64,000 nt of DNA, taken from contig NMRA01000054.1 of assembly GCA_002633005.1 (NCBI GenBank), positions 376,952 through 440,951 of the forward strand, in the 5' to 3' direction. The notes under the pieces are model-generated. The model did no database searches and was not told the origin of the DNA. It was given only the letters and a program-made list of their open reading frames with translations. This DNA is from Phoronis australis (taxonomy: Eukaryota > Animalia > Phoronida). A program made the translations under genes and the position numbers. Shown here piece after piece: positions 24,231 to 37,470 of this stretch. Each line of letters starts with the position of its first letter. Position 1 is the first letter of the stretch.

Positions 24231-26250
24231 GTAAGTACGTGCCTGTGATATAGTGAGGCTACGAGGTGCTTGATGTTCACCACGTGTTGCTAGGGAAACA
24301 ATGAGCCAGCCTGTATGAATGCATCCAGCTAGCATGAGGCCGCAGCCTCCAATCTCTCACTCTGCTCAGAAAACAATACAGCATCACAACCTACAATAAA
24401 CAACAGTGCCGTCTCACACCATTACAGGTTGCAGCTGAAGACAGCATTGCAGCCTACAATAAACAAGAATGCTGTCTCACTTTGTCACTGGTTCCAGCTG
24501 AAGACAGCATCAATAAACAAGAGTGCTGTCTCCCACTGCCACACTCTGCTTGCTTCCATGACGTGACCATTACATGCCTTACTTTCCACGTTTGTCATGT
24601 CATGCTTACCATTTCCAATACCCACTCTCACTAAAGTGTTCTAACCATGTTAAATGTCGATCTGACTTGTGTAATGTTTGCATATCGTAGTCAGTGTCAG
24701 CAACATTTCCATCATTATAGCCAACAACAGCATTGTTGCTGGCAAGTCATGGATAACAGTAGCATTATATCATTGGTGCATTGCTGCCAGCCTCGCCGGT
24801 GGTTGCATCGTCGTTGCAGTTTCCATGACACACATACTGCATTTACACAAGTTGACCTTCCATTTCCTCCTGGCAGCCCGTCATCACATCCTCTGTGTTC
24901 TCAAGAATAGGAGATACTTAAATATGGACTTTGGAAATGCAGTTTATGTAGTAAAAATGATGATTACAACCTAGTTCATAAAGCTCGATTATTACAGTCA
25001 GTATGTGCCCATGAGCGATAATCAGGTTTAAAGCTGACGGGTAAAATCTCCGCGTCTGGATATAATAATGATTGAGATTCCTGTGTAAACACGATTCATG
25101 TAATGGCATTGTCCTTTTTTCATTCATTTTCACTACATGTTGGCCATTTATTTAACAACTTAATATCTATTATTGTGCTATGTCTAGTTATTTTCTGAAT
25201 GTACGTACATACGTGTTATCATGTCGGCAACACATCTTTATGTTAAAGGAGAATGCCACCCAAAAAACAACGTATTTTGTATTAATTTAGATCTAGTACT
25301 TCTACTCGATAACGGCACGTTCGGTTGCGTTACCTGACACCTGACGGCAGACAGAGGTGTTGAAATTATCCAATGACGTAATTGGTTTCACACCCAGTCT
25401 GTTCAGCACTTCACAACACGGGTTAGTGATGTCAGCTTATCGCTTGAATTCAATGTTTAACACCAATAAATTATCAAACTTCGATGTAAAACCCTTAAAA
25501 ATAAATCGAGTTCTTGTAAAAACGTGTCGTTTTATTTCGCTGTTATGGATTTACTGGTATTTGGACACACCGTAGCCTACAAAGTTCGGCAGGCCAATTT
25601 ACCAAGGTTTGGGAGTGTTCGGAGATAAATTTGAAGTATTCTTCCATGAAATACAGACAGGAGAACCTAGATCTGTGTTCTAAACACAAAATGCTTGTTA
25701 TCCCAGCCAGTGGCTCGGAACCCGATCAGGCCCGCCGCGGTCTGGCGGGACTGACACGAACATAAACCAGCTTCAGTTGGAAACTAAACCTTTAGTGACG
25801 AAAAGACTAATAGTGAGCCAAAGAAATAATGTGCACATAATAATTTATGTGAATTAGCCACGAAACTGAAAATTTGTAGGGGGCCGTGAAGTCGGGTTCC
25901 CCTTCCACAGATCGTCAGGGCAAAGGTTGTACAGTAACAATGATTTGAATTATGTATTTGTATTTCTAAGTAAAGATTCCCCTAACATGTGACCATGCCA
26001 TATAAAATCGTGTAATTGTTTCACAACAGCTTTCTGTCAGCAAACACTGAATTAGTATGCGCTCACACGGCGTTGGTGCCCACGTAGTGTTTTATTCATA
26101 GCTGGCTTCTCAAAATATTTGTACTCACGAGCACTCCAAGGCATTACAAATTGTATCTAATGAGACAGACTTTGTTTCAGTTTCATATAAGCACTGGTTA
26201 TGATGAGAATAATTCGTTTTGAAATAGAACGCAGAATAATAAACGTCAAC

Positions 26251-26430
26251 ATGGCAACTCGCCTGGCGTCAATCCCAACTTAGTCAAGAGCTCATCCGAC
26301 GAAGACTTCACGCAAGGTCGGATCGTTAGGTTTCACAGGCTATCAGTTCGAACCGGAATACACAGATCAAGAAATACTAGAGAGGCGCCGTGAACATGCA
26401 CAGGCAACGAAACGTATGGATAGTTATTTG
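26251..26430 (+). pseudogene. Disrupted 5' end of the second (accessory) ORF of the Kolobok-like element
   Basis: ATG at 26251, in-frame TAG, then GYQFEPEYTDQEILERRRE; an acidic SSSDEDF in another frame suggests frameshifts. Confidence 0.5.
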
Positions 26431-26663
26431 GTAAGCTGTAATTCATCAGAGAAATCGTTGTCGACGAAATGCCGGCCACAGACACGGAGATGTTTCACAT
26501 CCTCATACTTGCTATTAACAGCGTACCTTTCATTCCTCACTACCGCGAGCCACTTCCTAAGCATTTCGGACTCTCGAGGAAGTCGAAAAAAACGATATAC
26601 CCGCTTCCTTCGCAGCTTCATAGTACAGACAAGCGGGAACCATGCACCGCAATATAACGGCAT
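26424..26663 (-). pseudogene. THAP zinc-finger domain, truncated N-terminus of a transposase
   Basis: MPLYCGAWFPLVC...FFRLP...RKWL...VCGRHF matches the THAP C2CH signature with conserved P, W and F; ORF stops right after the domain. Confidence 0.8.
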
Positions 26664-27654
26664 TCACTCTGCAGACGAACCACTGACGTCGCTGCGTTGT
26701 TTCTCACCTTCCTCACATGTTAACGTGACACCTCTCGGCAAGGTGAGCTCGACCGTATAAGAGACGACGTGGATACAGACTGATTAAGACGGTAAAAAAG
26801 ACTAATTCAATCGGGTGGCATCCTCCTTTAACTCTCAGCATGGCCACACTCCTATGAAATGTGAGAGGTGAAGTGTAAGATGTGAACATGTGGGTGTGAA
26901 AAGGAACGCCTAAGGAGCTTTTATGGTATTAGTTGATTGTTGATTCTAACTCATCAAGGTTGTTAATACTCTGTGGACTGAGTCGAGTGAAATAACCGGA
27001 AAACATTTCCTGATACTGCTTTTAACTGCGTACTGAACTGAATGACTGAATAACATCTAGATGTTATTATGAAGATGCAATTTGTGTTAACCTCATATAC
27101 CAAATAATCTGTTATAGTTATAAGTCGTGAGTTTTTAAGTTTGAAAGTATATGCAAGCCATACATCTGTAACAAATGGTATTTTTTTAAAACAAGTTTTC
27201 CTTGTGGTTTCCTTAAAGCAGGCTGTCTGCCTGGCCAGTGTCAACTTGAGTTTTTGTTAACATATTGTTTCAAAAACTGTTATCGTCTTTGTCATTGTAA
27301 TTATGATTACTATTTCTTAGTCTTTACTTGCTGTCCAACACACGCTTTTAAAAAAACATTTAACTCATGAATTTAATGTACTAATAAATTATTATTCTGT
27401 TTTGTTTGCCTGTATGGTTGTTAGGCAATGAGTCATCACCTCTATAGAGTGCATCTTGTGTATTTGCTTGTCTGTGATTTTTTCACTTTCTTTCTCAGTA
27501 AATGTTTGCTTTGTACTTTTAACCAAGTTAAACAGGAATCCATAGGAAGTCCCCACTTAGCATGTCAGTAATCTAATTATTGTTTATCTCATCAGGCTTT
27601 ACTCAGGCTTGACACTGCCACCACCCACAAAGATTTTGGAATACGTGGCGTGCA

Positions 27655-27740
27655 ATCTCTCTCCGTCTCTCTCCTTCCCTCCCTGCCTCCCTCCCTCCCT
27701 NNNNNNNNNNNNNNTCCCCTCGCTCCCTCCCTCCCTCTCT
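27655..27740. repeat. (CCCT)n/CT-rich microsatellite interrupted by a 14-N assembly gap
   Basis: Pyrimidine-rich repeats on both sides of Ns at 27701-27714. Confidence 0.9.
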
Positions 27741-29837
27741 ACATTTATTACAATGTCTTTCTTGCACCACTGGTTGATGTTGCTATGTTAATGCCACTGT
27801 GCTCATTAATGGGAGTATTGGACAAATATCCTCATGTCTCTGATGCTCACCATTCTATTTCAATTTGCAACACTAAAAATCCTGAACGCTGATGGATAAA
27901 TTAAATTTCCTGGAAAAGTAGGTCATATGGGTACAATTTAAGACATGTAAAATACGGAAATGCTTCTGAGATTTCCTTCTCTTTTAAAGAATAGTGAAAT
28001 GTAACCGCTGTGGAGGGTGACCCTTGGCAAAATTACTTTAAAAGAACGAAAAAGGATAATTATGGATGACGGCGAATGATGAAAATGATTAAGAAACATA
28101 GCCTTGAAAAATTAATGTTATTTTTGTGAAAAAAATCTCCTTTTTTATGCTTTGAGGTACTCAAAATGAATTAGACAATCCACAAGTTTGGTTTCACTGT
28201 AGATTTTTATTTTGTTGTGTGAAGGTAGAAATTTACCTGCTTATCTTTTTTACCACCATATCTTTTGCTGTCAGCTGATCAATTACAGATGAAGTAATCA
28301 GTGTAGATTGATTCATACAAGACGCAATTGTACTCCCATGAGAACTGTCAATTTCATATTCCATAGCTTGATTATGCCATTTAGTGTAATTTCCAAACTT
28401 TTTTGTTTCCGTACCTTCTGTACTTGTGTAATACTGGACTTGTATAACTTCTTTAGCGCCATGACATGACTAATGAAAGGGAGCAAATGAAAAGGATTCT
28501 TTTAATTGCATTTCCCTGGTTCAATTTTTATTTAACGAAGCCATGTCTTGGTTTAAGTGTTTTTGATGGTGAGGAGACTGACGTCATGGATTGTGCGTTG
28601 TTAAATATATGACTTCCTTGAACAGAGCCAAAGTAACTCTTCTTTCTGTTGGAAAGGGAAATCATTCCCTTGCATGTTACATTCAATTTATATTGACAGA
28701 CAACTCAGCTAGAATAGTACATGATTGCCTTGAAGTGTCACGCGATTAGAAATCTCGAGACTGTCATTTGCCTGTCTCAAAGTCAAAGGCATTTGATGGC
28801 CATTTCTGCATTTCCTAGAAAACTTGACACTATTAAAACTTCTTTTGATACTCAACCTTTTTTGCACAGGTGATGATAATAAAACCTGGTGATGTTATAA
28901 TCCGGGCAGCATTTTAGTGTTTTTGTTTTCTTTACAACAACAATCTCATTAAACATTTAGCCTAATTTTTGCACACAGTTCAGTTAAAGAAAAATAATCA
29001 TTGTCAATGGATTCTTCTCATTCAAAACCAGGTTCTAAATATTCTTAGAACTGTAACAAGTGTGACATCTTTTGGAATTTGAATGTTTTCTGTAAATATG
29101 GCTCTATTAATGCTTATTAGTGCAGTCGACTGGCACTCACGTGATAATTTTGGACAGAAGTTTTAATATTGACTAAACTCAAGCAGTAAACAGATTTTAA
29201 ATGAATGTAACTCTACGTGCAGCACTAGTTTTTATTCAAACTGCACGGACCATAGTTGAAATTACAAACTCATGACCAAGTGATCTGACCATACTTAATT
29301 ACAAACTCATCATCAGGTGATCTGATGGTCTTTTTTGATAACCAGTGCTCCGCTTTGTCTTGAAGCTCTTAATTCTTTCTTTGTTGACATTTCGAAATCA
29401 GTACATGTACACCGTTAGACTTTTTATATGCCCATACCTATATGTTGGTACTTTATGAAATCATCCCTGTCCATCCTTCAGGGAAGAGATTCGGTAGTAT
29501 GCAGTGAGGGGATTCTCAGCAACTATGCTATTCTCATAATTAGTGAAACTTGTCTCTAACCCTGTCTTCACTTCATTGTTGAACCTAAAACTAGCTCTAT
29601 CAAGTTTGTTACATTTTCAGCTGTCTTAGCTCCACCCTCAGCTCTTTTAGCTCTGCCTTGAGCTTTCATAACTCCACCCTGAGCTTTCACAGCTCCGCCC
29701 TGAGCTTTCAATAGCTCCATCCTTGGCTTCCATTCCCTGAAGTTCCATGTCTGCCTTAACTAGTGAGGCAGTCTCTGTTTGAAGTTCCCATTTGTTGCTG
29801 TTTGATTGTCTGGAGATCTGTTGGGAAATGTGACTAT

Positions 29838-31412
29838 TTTAGGGGGCGTATACACTGGTCAAATCCTATCTATAATAAGTATAAAGGGGGTTTTAACTTG
29901 TTAGAAATGACTCGGAAAGTGACAAAAATTGAAAAAGAAGTTACTGTACTTTGTTTTTTTTTAAATATTGTATTTTTTAATTTTCAAAAACTCCAATTTT
30001 ACCTCGATTTTTTTTTCAAAATGCACAGGGATTATCATCAACAGCCTTAAAAATTGTTTGTTCGCACTCTACAGGTCACAATTTTCGTCCAATTCGCACG
30101 CAATTCGCACACAACTTCTAGACCTGGAAGTCCTGGTAGCTTATTGTTGGTCTTGATCGGATTCAAAATGGCGGATCTGGTGGCCATTTTGTTTCTGACT
30201 TCAGATTCAAATACTCATAGAGGCCGCAATTTTTGACGTACAGGGCTGAAAATTACTACGGCTATTATAACCGACAGGTACTACAATTGTGCCGTAAATC
30301 CCCAACTTCCGTTGAAAGAAGGTGGATATATCGGCAATGGCGCATGCACACCTGGATTTCTGCCTGAAAACGTTTTCCCCTGTAGAGGGCGCATTGGCAA
30401 ACCAATCACTTTCAAACTTGTCACGTGCTCGTTTCTTGTAGTTGGCTATTATTAAATTATGATTAATCGGAAGTTGCTTTCAAGATGGCGGCTCTGGCGC
30501 ATTTTTACCCATTTTCGATCGTTCTGCAGTCGCATTTTGAATGGGAAGACAAATGACGTGAATTTTTGCATGTGGATTCCTTAAAGTATGCTCTTTCGAA
30601 AGTTCTGCGACAATGTTTTTCTTAGTCTTAACGTTTTTGAGTTATTTCACTTTGAATTTCAAAAAATGCAAGATTTCAGTTTTTTGAAAATTTTACATAT
30701 TTTTGTGCAACTATTTATATAGAGAGAGTTTTGAACAAACTTTCAGAGATGTTTTCCATTTTTCAATACAACATCTACTTTTCGAATTATTTGAGGTTTT
30801 CTGAAAACGCTGTTCCTTTGTTGACTGATTTTGCTGCGCTGTTGTTAGTTTACTGGCAACTGAACAAGACTGTAGCCTATTTGTTACTGATTTCTGGCAT
30901 TCTCACTAGTCATATGAAAGTTACCATGTTGCTCTTCATCCTAATCGTCTCTGTCGTCGTCATCTTCACCGTCGTCTTTTCGGTTGATTTCGCCAACTAA
31001 GTGTTGCTCCTCTGAGCGCTCTCGTTTTATTTTTCTTCACTATACTGTGCATCAAGAAGTAAAGATTAGGATGACATAAAAATATTATCGTAGAAAATAT
31101 ATCTGAAACTAAATAAGGCGATCCAGATCCTCCCAAGGATACTATTGTTTCATGAAATGAAGAATATGAATCTTTAAATAAAACAACAAGAATGGATCAA
31201 CTGAAATTTGAAATTTTTGGATGTAATAACTGATATGTCAATTGTCATTTTGTGTTCGATTTTACTTTATTTCTGTTTTTGTTGACAAAGGAAGTTATTA
31301 CATCCAAAAATTTCAAATTTCAGTTGATCCATTCTTGTTGTTTTATTTACCGATTTATATAATAATATTAAAAACAGTCAAAATTAATTTTTTGTGTATC
31401 CACCTGCCTTAA
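29838..31412. mobile_element. Putative non-autonomous DNA transposon, boundaries uncertain
   Basis: CpG-richer block with repeated CAA(A/G)ATGGCGG motifs; imperfect terminal inverted similarity TTTAGGGGGCGTATACAC / GTGTATCCACCTGCCTTAA; no coding capacity recognised. Confidence 0.4.
31175..31349. repeat. 57-bp inverted repeat with 61-bp spacer
   Basis: TAAATAAAACAACAAGAATGGATCAACTGAAATTTGAAATTTTTGGATGTAATAACT (31175-31231) is the reverse complement of 31293-31349. Confidence 0.9.
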
Positions 31413-31512
31413 GTACTGCATTCTTTTTCACTCACTTTGCCCGATAATCGAAGAACGAGGTCCAGGTGCTTAAATGTTCTACCTGTTGTTCAGTGAGCTC
31501 CTGACACTCACA

Positions 31513-31560
31513 TGTGCTCTCCAGTGTGCTCTCCAGTGTGCTCTCCAGTGTGCTCTCCAG
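31513..31560. repeat. 12-bp tandem repeat, 4 copies
   Basis: TGTGCTCTCCAG x4. Confidence 0.9.
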
Positions 31561-34500
31561 ATTATCGCGCCCTGACCTAAGCACATGCGAACAAACACTG
31601 TTGAGTTCCCTAACACCTCTGCATGAGTGGCAATGTTGCATCACTAAGACACTGTTAGCTATGATGTGTATTTTCATTTGATACTCTAAACTCTAAAATG
31701 TCAGTTTGCAAGATCTTTGTGTTCTGGTCCTTTGCTCACCTCTAGCCTGTTACACCATCAACCTTTAGGATCACCATTACACTCGTCGCTGTTACGACCT
31801 GCCAATTTAGATTCACCTCTTACGACTGCTGAAGTCATCGCAGACTTGGACCTTTGTGGTGGAGACTTCAGTTGTTAGGTCTTGGTACAAATTATCTACT
31901 GAATGGAACACAGACTATGTTCGTGATATACTACATTGCACTACACTAAACGTATCACTCTGTCACATGAGATGGAACACTGAGTGTCACTGTCCAAGTC
32001 CTGATAATTTTCCCCCTTGTGTTGAGCAACATCAAAATCCTAAATGGTATGACATCAAAGGGTATTGTTGTTGTAGTTGTTGCTGTAGTTACTGTTGTGC
32101 TAAGTTCTGAGTTTGAAATGTTTTCAATTTTGAAACGGCCATGTTGGCTCATAGGTCGCCTTTATTATTTTTCTTGAAACTTGCGTGTTTGAGGGTCACC
32201 CGCGGTTTACAAGCGCATGAATGACAATTAAGTAACCAACAAAACATGACCACCCTAGTTGTAAATTGTCTGGTTCTTTGATACACTGACAGATCTGCTG
32301 AAATGGAGAAGGTTTAATCTTACCAAGTTTAAACATGACAAAAATAGCCAGACAAGCTGATGGCCTGTGATTCTCACCATATAAATTAAGTCTCAACATT
32401 TTGGCTTTAGTCCATAACCAATATAACTGACAGCCGAAGCGTATTCATGAGCATTAATAATTGTCTCAAGACCTGGGGCTCCTATCAGTGTTCATAACTG
32501 CAAGAGCTTAAGGTTCATATAAACATTAATAACTGCATGCACTGGAGGATTGAAGCTCAACAGTCCAAGCTTTGAAACCAATATTAACAAGTTACCTAGG
32601 CGTTGGATTCAGTGCACCAATAACCAATTGTCTGTTGGCATTATACACAAGAATAATAACACTAGATTTCTGCAAGGGGTAATGTATGTCCTATCCATTA
32701 TTGGTAATTTTGTGTTCACTGCGGGTCCTCACTCCCCGAGTTCACTCGGTGCTAATTACATGAAGTAGCAATTGTTTTTAAGTGAATGGTCCATCACTAG
32801 CAGTTACAATTTCCATATCGAGCATTTGGTCTAAGTCATTGGACTATCGAGTGCTAAATTTCCCAGTGTTAACTTTCAGCATCCAAAAGGAGTTTCACCA
32901 TTACAGCTAGTTGCAGCAGTTATTGGTGAACTTCATTAATATATACCCTCCATCCCCGAATTTTCCAAATTTTCTCTTTTAAGTACCAATTGGTCAGCTT
33001 TAACTGCCACAGTCTTTGTGATCGTGTTGTGTATGTAATACACGAGATCATTCGTAGAACATATGTTTATTATATCGCTAACACCAAACTACTGCAACAG
33101 TTCCCGTGTACAGGCTAATAGTATATAAAATGTCAGATAGTCGCCAGGTGGCATTGTCACTGCTCTACTGTAAACATAACATAACAGATCATCAGTCTCA
33201 TCAAACTTTTTGCTCCCAAGAAGTACGCAACTTGCTAACCTTTGAATAAAGATTCATCACTTTCAGCAGAGGCTTGCTTCATTCAGGCGGGAAAATACCC
33301 ATACTCCCCTGAGCTGAAGGAGACGTGAAATGATTGTGAGTGACCCTTGTGCATTCTGATATTATCTTGTGCAAAAACCAATGAAAGCTTTCGCATGTGC
33401 AATGCGTGGCCAGCTCCTTTCATGAACAATATGTACTTCGGAAGATAGTACGCTGCTTAAAAATTGGGTCGCGCTAGTGATCTACCACGACTGTGTGCAG
33501 TCACTCTGTTTTGATGGTATTAAGCTCTTAATGTGACTAACATTGTCTACGATCTGCCATTGTATTACTTGACTCTTGCACATTAAGTCCAACATCATTA
33601 TAACTCCTTGGGTGATTACTCGACCATTCGTATGAGCAAACCCGGACTTATCAAAAATTTTGTTTTTAAATGATGCCCATGCTCAAGCTTAAGGCACAAC
33701 CCCCAATTTTTAATTCCCCGATTTAATTGCCCTGTGTAGTAACCCCAGCGAATATGGTACCTTCACGAGTTTCGGTCAACAAGGAAATGCCAACTTTTAT
33801 GACAGTTAATTACAAACACCTGAGCTACATGATCGTGGTCTCATTTAATACCAGCCTTATCCACCTGTCTCGAATTCTTCTCTCTTCATTGATTGAGATT
33901 ACTACATTACGAAACTTTTTGAGACTGTTTTCGTTAATATTTTAGTCAAACATCATGTAGATCAAATGTCATATGAAACTATAGCTACATCAATGCAAAG
34001 AAACACAACAGCCTCTAGCATCCTCAGAAAGACTTTTTACAGACGTTGCCCACACAAATAATGGAAAACTGTCTGCTTCTGCATATGACTAATTAATTAT
34101 TGTTCTAGAACAACTAATTCATATTTTGCACCGGAAAACAGGTCAGATATGTCTAATTGAAAATGTCTACCCTTGATAAAATTCAGTTCCTGTTTGGTAT
34201 AGCTTGCCCAACCATATCAAGCTAACAGTCAATTTAAGATCATCAATCATCAATGGTCTTGTGTTGGACATCTCCATTTACTAATTACAACAACTTGGGG
34301 CTTATTTAATCAGTGGTCCATTGACAATTTAAAGTTGTTTATATCACTGTGGAGGACATTTTACCAAACAAGCACTTTGTAACTGATGTCTTTCTGGTAA
34401 TTCCATTTAAATGAGATTTTAACTGCATGACAATTGAGTATCAGCAGTGCATTGAAGCTGAATGTTCTGAATCATGAGCTACTGGCAAACATGTTACAGA

Positions 34501-35567
34501 CTGTGTCTTGCATACATAAGAAACAATTTGCCAGAAGATGTTGGCAGCAATCTCATCACCAACATTGCAGCCCAGAGACAAGTTTCTGGCTTGGATTGTT
34601 TTGTTTTTCTCTGTTCTCATCTGACACATGAGCATCTTCTGTATTAGCGTCATGTAAGCTTTATTTAGGACCCTAGAAAAATGTCCAAATGTGGCTGACT
34701 TCAGAGCATCATATCTAAGAAACAGCAGATTGGATTCATCAATCTTACAGATACTATGCTTTTTTCACTGTTCTCCATAACGCTGAGGGGCTATAATTTT
34801 CATGAAAAAATTACAGTTGCATGAAACAAAAACTAAATGTCATTTTAGAAAACTGTAAAAGCCCTTTCAAGATCTCACCTGGAAACATTAATCAAAATAA
34901 AATTTGATCATGTTATTGATACTATTGTTTTTCTATTCTTTTTTGTGTGTTTTAGTAAAACATGGTCATGTGACCCAGTTAATAATATATTCATATGGTA
35001 AAAAATCACAAATCAAATTCTAAAGGCTTCTTACTTTCACAAAATATATACTTTTATTGTAAAAATCTATAATCTTATAAATAAGGTCCTTCTTACCCCA
35101 ACCTTAACTGCTTGTGGATGGATACCAATGTCATAATGGCTGTTGACTACCTGGTAATACACCCAGTAACCATGATAGTCATATCAATTTTGATCAGCAC
35201 CTCACTTTACAAAAAAGGCTCAAAGCAATAATTGCACATATTTCAAGCTGTATTTCACCTTGTTTTGAGTTTGTTACAAAACAAACATGGAGTAGGGGCT
35301 TTTACTCCCATATTAAACTACAATATCAAAACCATCGTCGACTTGAGGAAATATGAATTGGCTTGGAATTGAAATCCTATCACAGTAAGGAATGAGACTG
35401 ATTTTGACAGTTAAAAGTGTAATTCAATTTTCATTTTTAGCCAGCTAAAACAAGGTAGAATGCTGCTTTAACTAATTCTGTTATTGAGTTTGTGTTTCCT
35501 GCTGACTGGCCTGTCCTAAAACTAATTAGCATAACCTCAGTGTTTCAATTGAAACAACACAATTTTT

Positions 35568-35972
35568 TATTTTGAAATCTGAAGACATTTTGACGCGTTT
35601 TTTCATTTGTGAATAAAAAATACAACCTTGTAACTTTTAGATTTTTTTCATTTTTAGCACAATTTAATTGTGCAAAAGAATTCAGTGTATGTCACGGAGG
35701 TAGATCAGACATTACGCAGCACGTGAAAACAGTTGCCCATCAGAATCGAGTTTCAAGCCATGGCAAGAGTGACATTTCGAAGTTTTTCAAGTCGTCAACT
35801 CAAGAAAGTGATAACTTGTCGACATCGGTGATTAAGGCAGAGGTTTTGATGACTCATTTCATAAATGAGCACAANTATTTTGAAATCTGAAGACATTTTG
35901 ACGCGTTTTTTCATTTGTGAATAAAAAATACAACCTTGTAACTTTTAGATTTTTTTCATTTTTAGCACAATT
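35568..35972. repeat. 97-bp identical direct repeat (35568-35664 and 35876-35972) flanking a transposase fragment
   Basis: Identical copies; a single N at 35875 sits directly before the second copy. Confidence 0.85.
35665..35874 (+). mobile_element. hAT-type transposase N-terminal zinc-finger fragment
   Basis: CAKEFSVCHGGRSDITQHVKTVAHQ...ISKFF...VIKAEVLMTHFINEH resembles the C..FS..HGG..D...H....H and AE......EH motifs of hAT transposases. Confidence 0.65.
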
Positions 35973-37464
35973 ATATTTAATGGGAAAGTTGTTGCAAGCT
36001 CTTTAATTACTCATCTCAAGTTAGCAGAAACCAACTTACTCTGTCCGGATAAGTTGAACATAGCCTAACTATAGCTTATGGCTCTCTTATCAGCTGATGC
36101 TGCCCTAGTCGGTCAATAAACCCTTAAAACAAGGTTGGAAGTCCACACAGTGAAAGTGTAGAATGTAGTCATACATATCACACTCAAATTGCATTAACTC
36201 GCACGTGCTGAAATGGCGATTGCGCGAGCACATTTTGTCTTAGGAAATAATACAACATATATAACTGCACAGAAATCAAGGTCTTCGAAAGAAGTGAATT
36301 CACTTGAAGATTTGACTTTACACTTTTCACTTGTCAATCCGCATGTTGCATTTTTTAACCTACTGGTGAACTCGAGAACTAAAGCATTCAAGGGGCTCAG
36401 GCTAGAATTTGTGTCATTACATGATGTCATTAGGTCAAAAACGATGGGTAGAAGATGGTAGACGATTTGATTGGCTGTTGTTTGAGGAAGGTAAAAAGAG
36501 GCGAACTATATCCAGTATGACCGTTTGCGGTTTTCTAATAGTGTCAAGAGAATTTGATTTCCTTAGTACAAACAAACTGAACAAAAATTTTCATCCCTTT
36601 CTTTTGGTTAATATCCAAGTGGTGAAGATCCCTCAGGTGGATCTGCAGCTTTGTGTATTGGCTAATGCTACCCATGTCAAACACCATGCATAATGAAGTG
36701 TGCAAATTTTGGTCTGAAATTCTGAAATTTACTTGCAATGTGTGTGGATGAGCTCCATTTGCTGAAACTTGTCATACACCCATGTATTCCCAACAAAAAA
36801 TGTAGGCCTCGTCTTAAGTCACTGCATTATAAAGATATGTCAGGCATAAATACAGGTGTATTGATATCTAAACATGTGTTGTTGTTTCATAATTCTTCAT
36901 TTTTATTGTAATAAGATAGATCATAAAGTTGTGCCTGATATATTGGAAGAATATCTTGGAATCAATTGAGATTGACAGCAGTAATGAGTCTTCCAATAGC
37001 TCTACAGTATGTATTCAATCTTTTTAGTCTCAAGAGCACATTTAAGACTCCTGCATTGATACTGACATCCGAATATCAGAAAAAGTGTCAATCACAAAGT
37101 TTGAAAGAACGATGTTACAGTGTCCAGAAATTGGCAGTTTTATAACAAAAACACAAGTTGACTGTATATATTAACTTTTTCTCAAGCTCATTTGTGTGCC
37201 CTAAGGCATGTTGGTACATGTATGGTAGTGTGGTATTAGGCCCAACATTACTTATGCTAGAGCTGTTGAATGAGCAGTCAGGTGCAAATGAACATGGTAC
37301 TGAAATTAATTACTTTCAATGATGAGTTTATGATTAAATTTTCCCTTGAATGAATGTAAAACTTACTTGCAAAAATGGATAATGTTTGATTTCGCTGCTG
37401 GAAACAAAATGCACTGTCTCAGCAACTGTCAGTTAAAGCCAGATTCACTATGGTAGAACAAGTA

Positions 37465-37470
37465 TTTATT
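37465..37470 (-). terminator. Candidate poly(A) signal for the nested GPCR
   Basis: AATAAA on the minus strand about 1.1 kb after the stop codon; hexamer evidence only. Confidence 0.25.

Larger units (their letters stand above)
25247..26827. mobile_element. Internally deleted Kolobok-type DNA transposon
   Basis: TTAA on both sides (25243-25246, 26828-26831); 15-bp TIR AGGAGAATGCCACCC / GGGTGGCATCCTCCT (14/15 match); contains a THAP ORF and a convergent YQFEP ORF remnant. Confidence 0.85.

Noticed and set aside
33255-33290. Minus-strand CTGAATGA-AGCA-loop-TGCT-GAAA hammerhead-like motif
   Set aside because: The core has an extra base, and no stem I or stem III pairing could be found.
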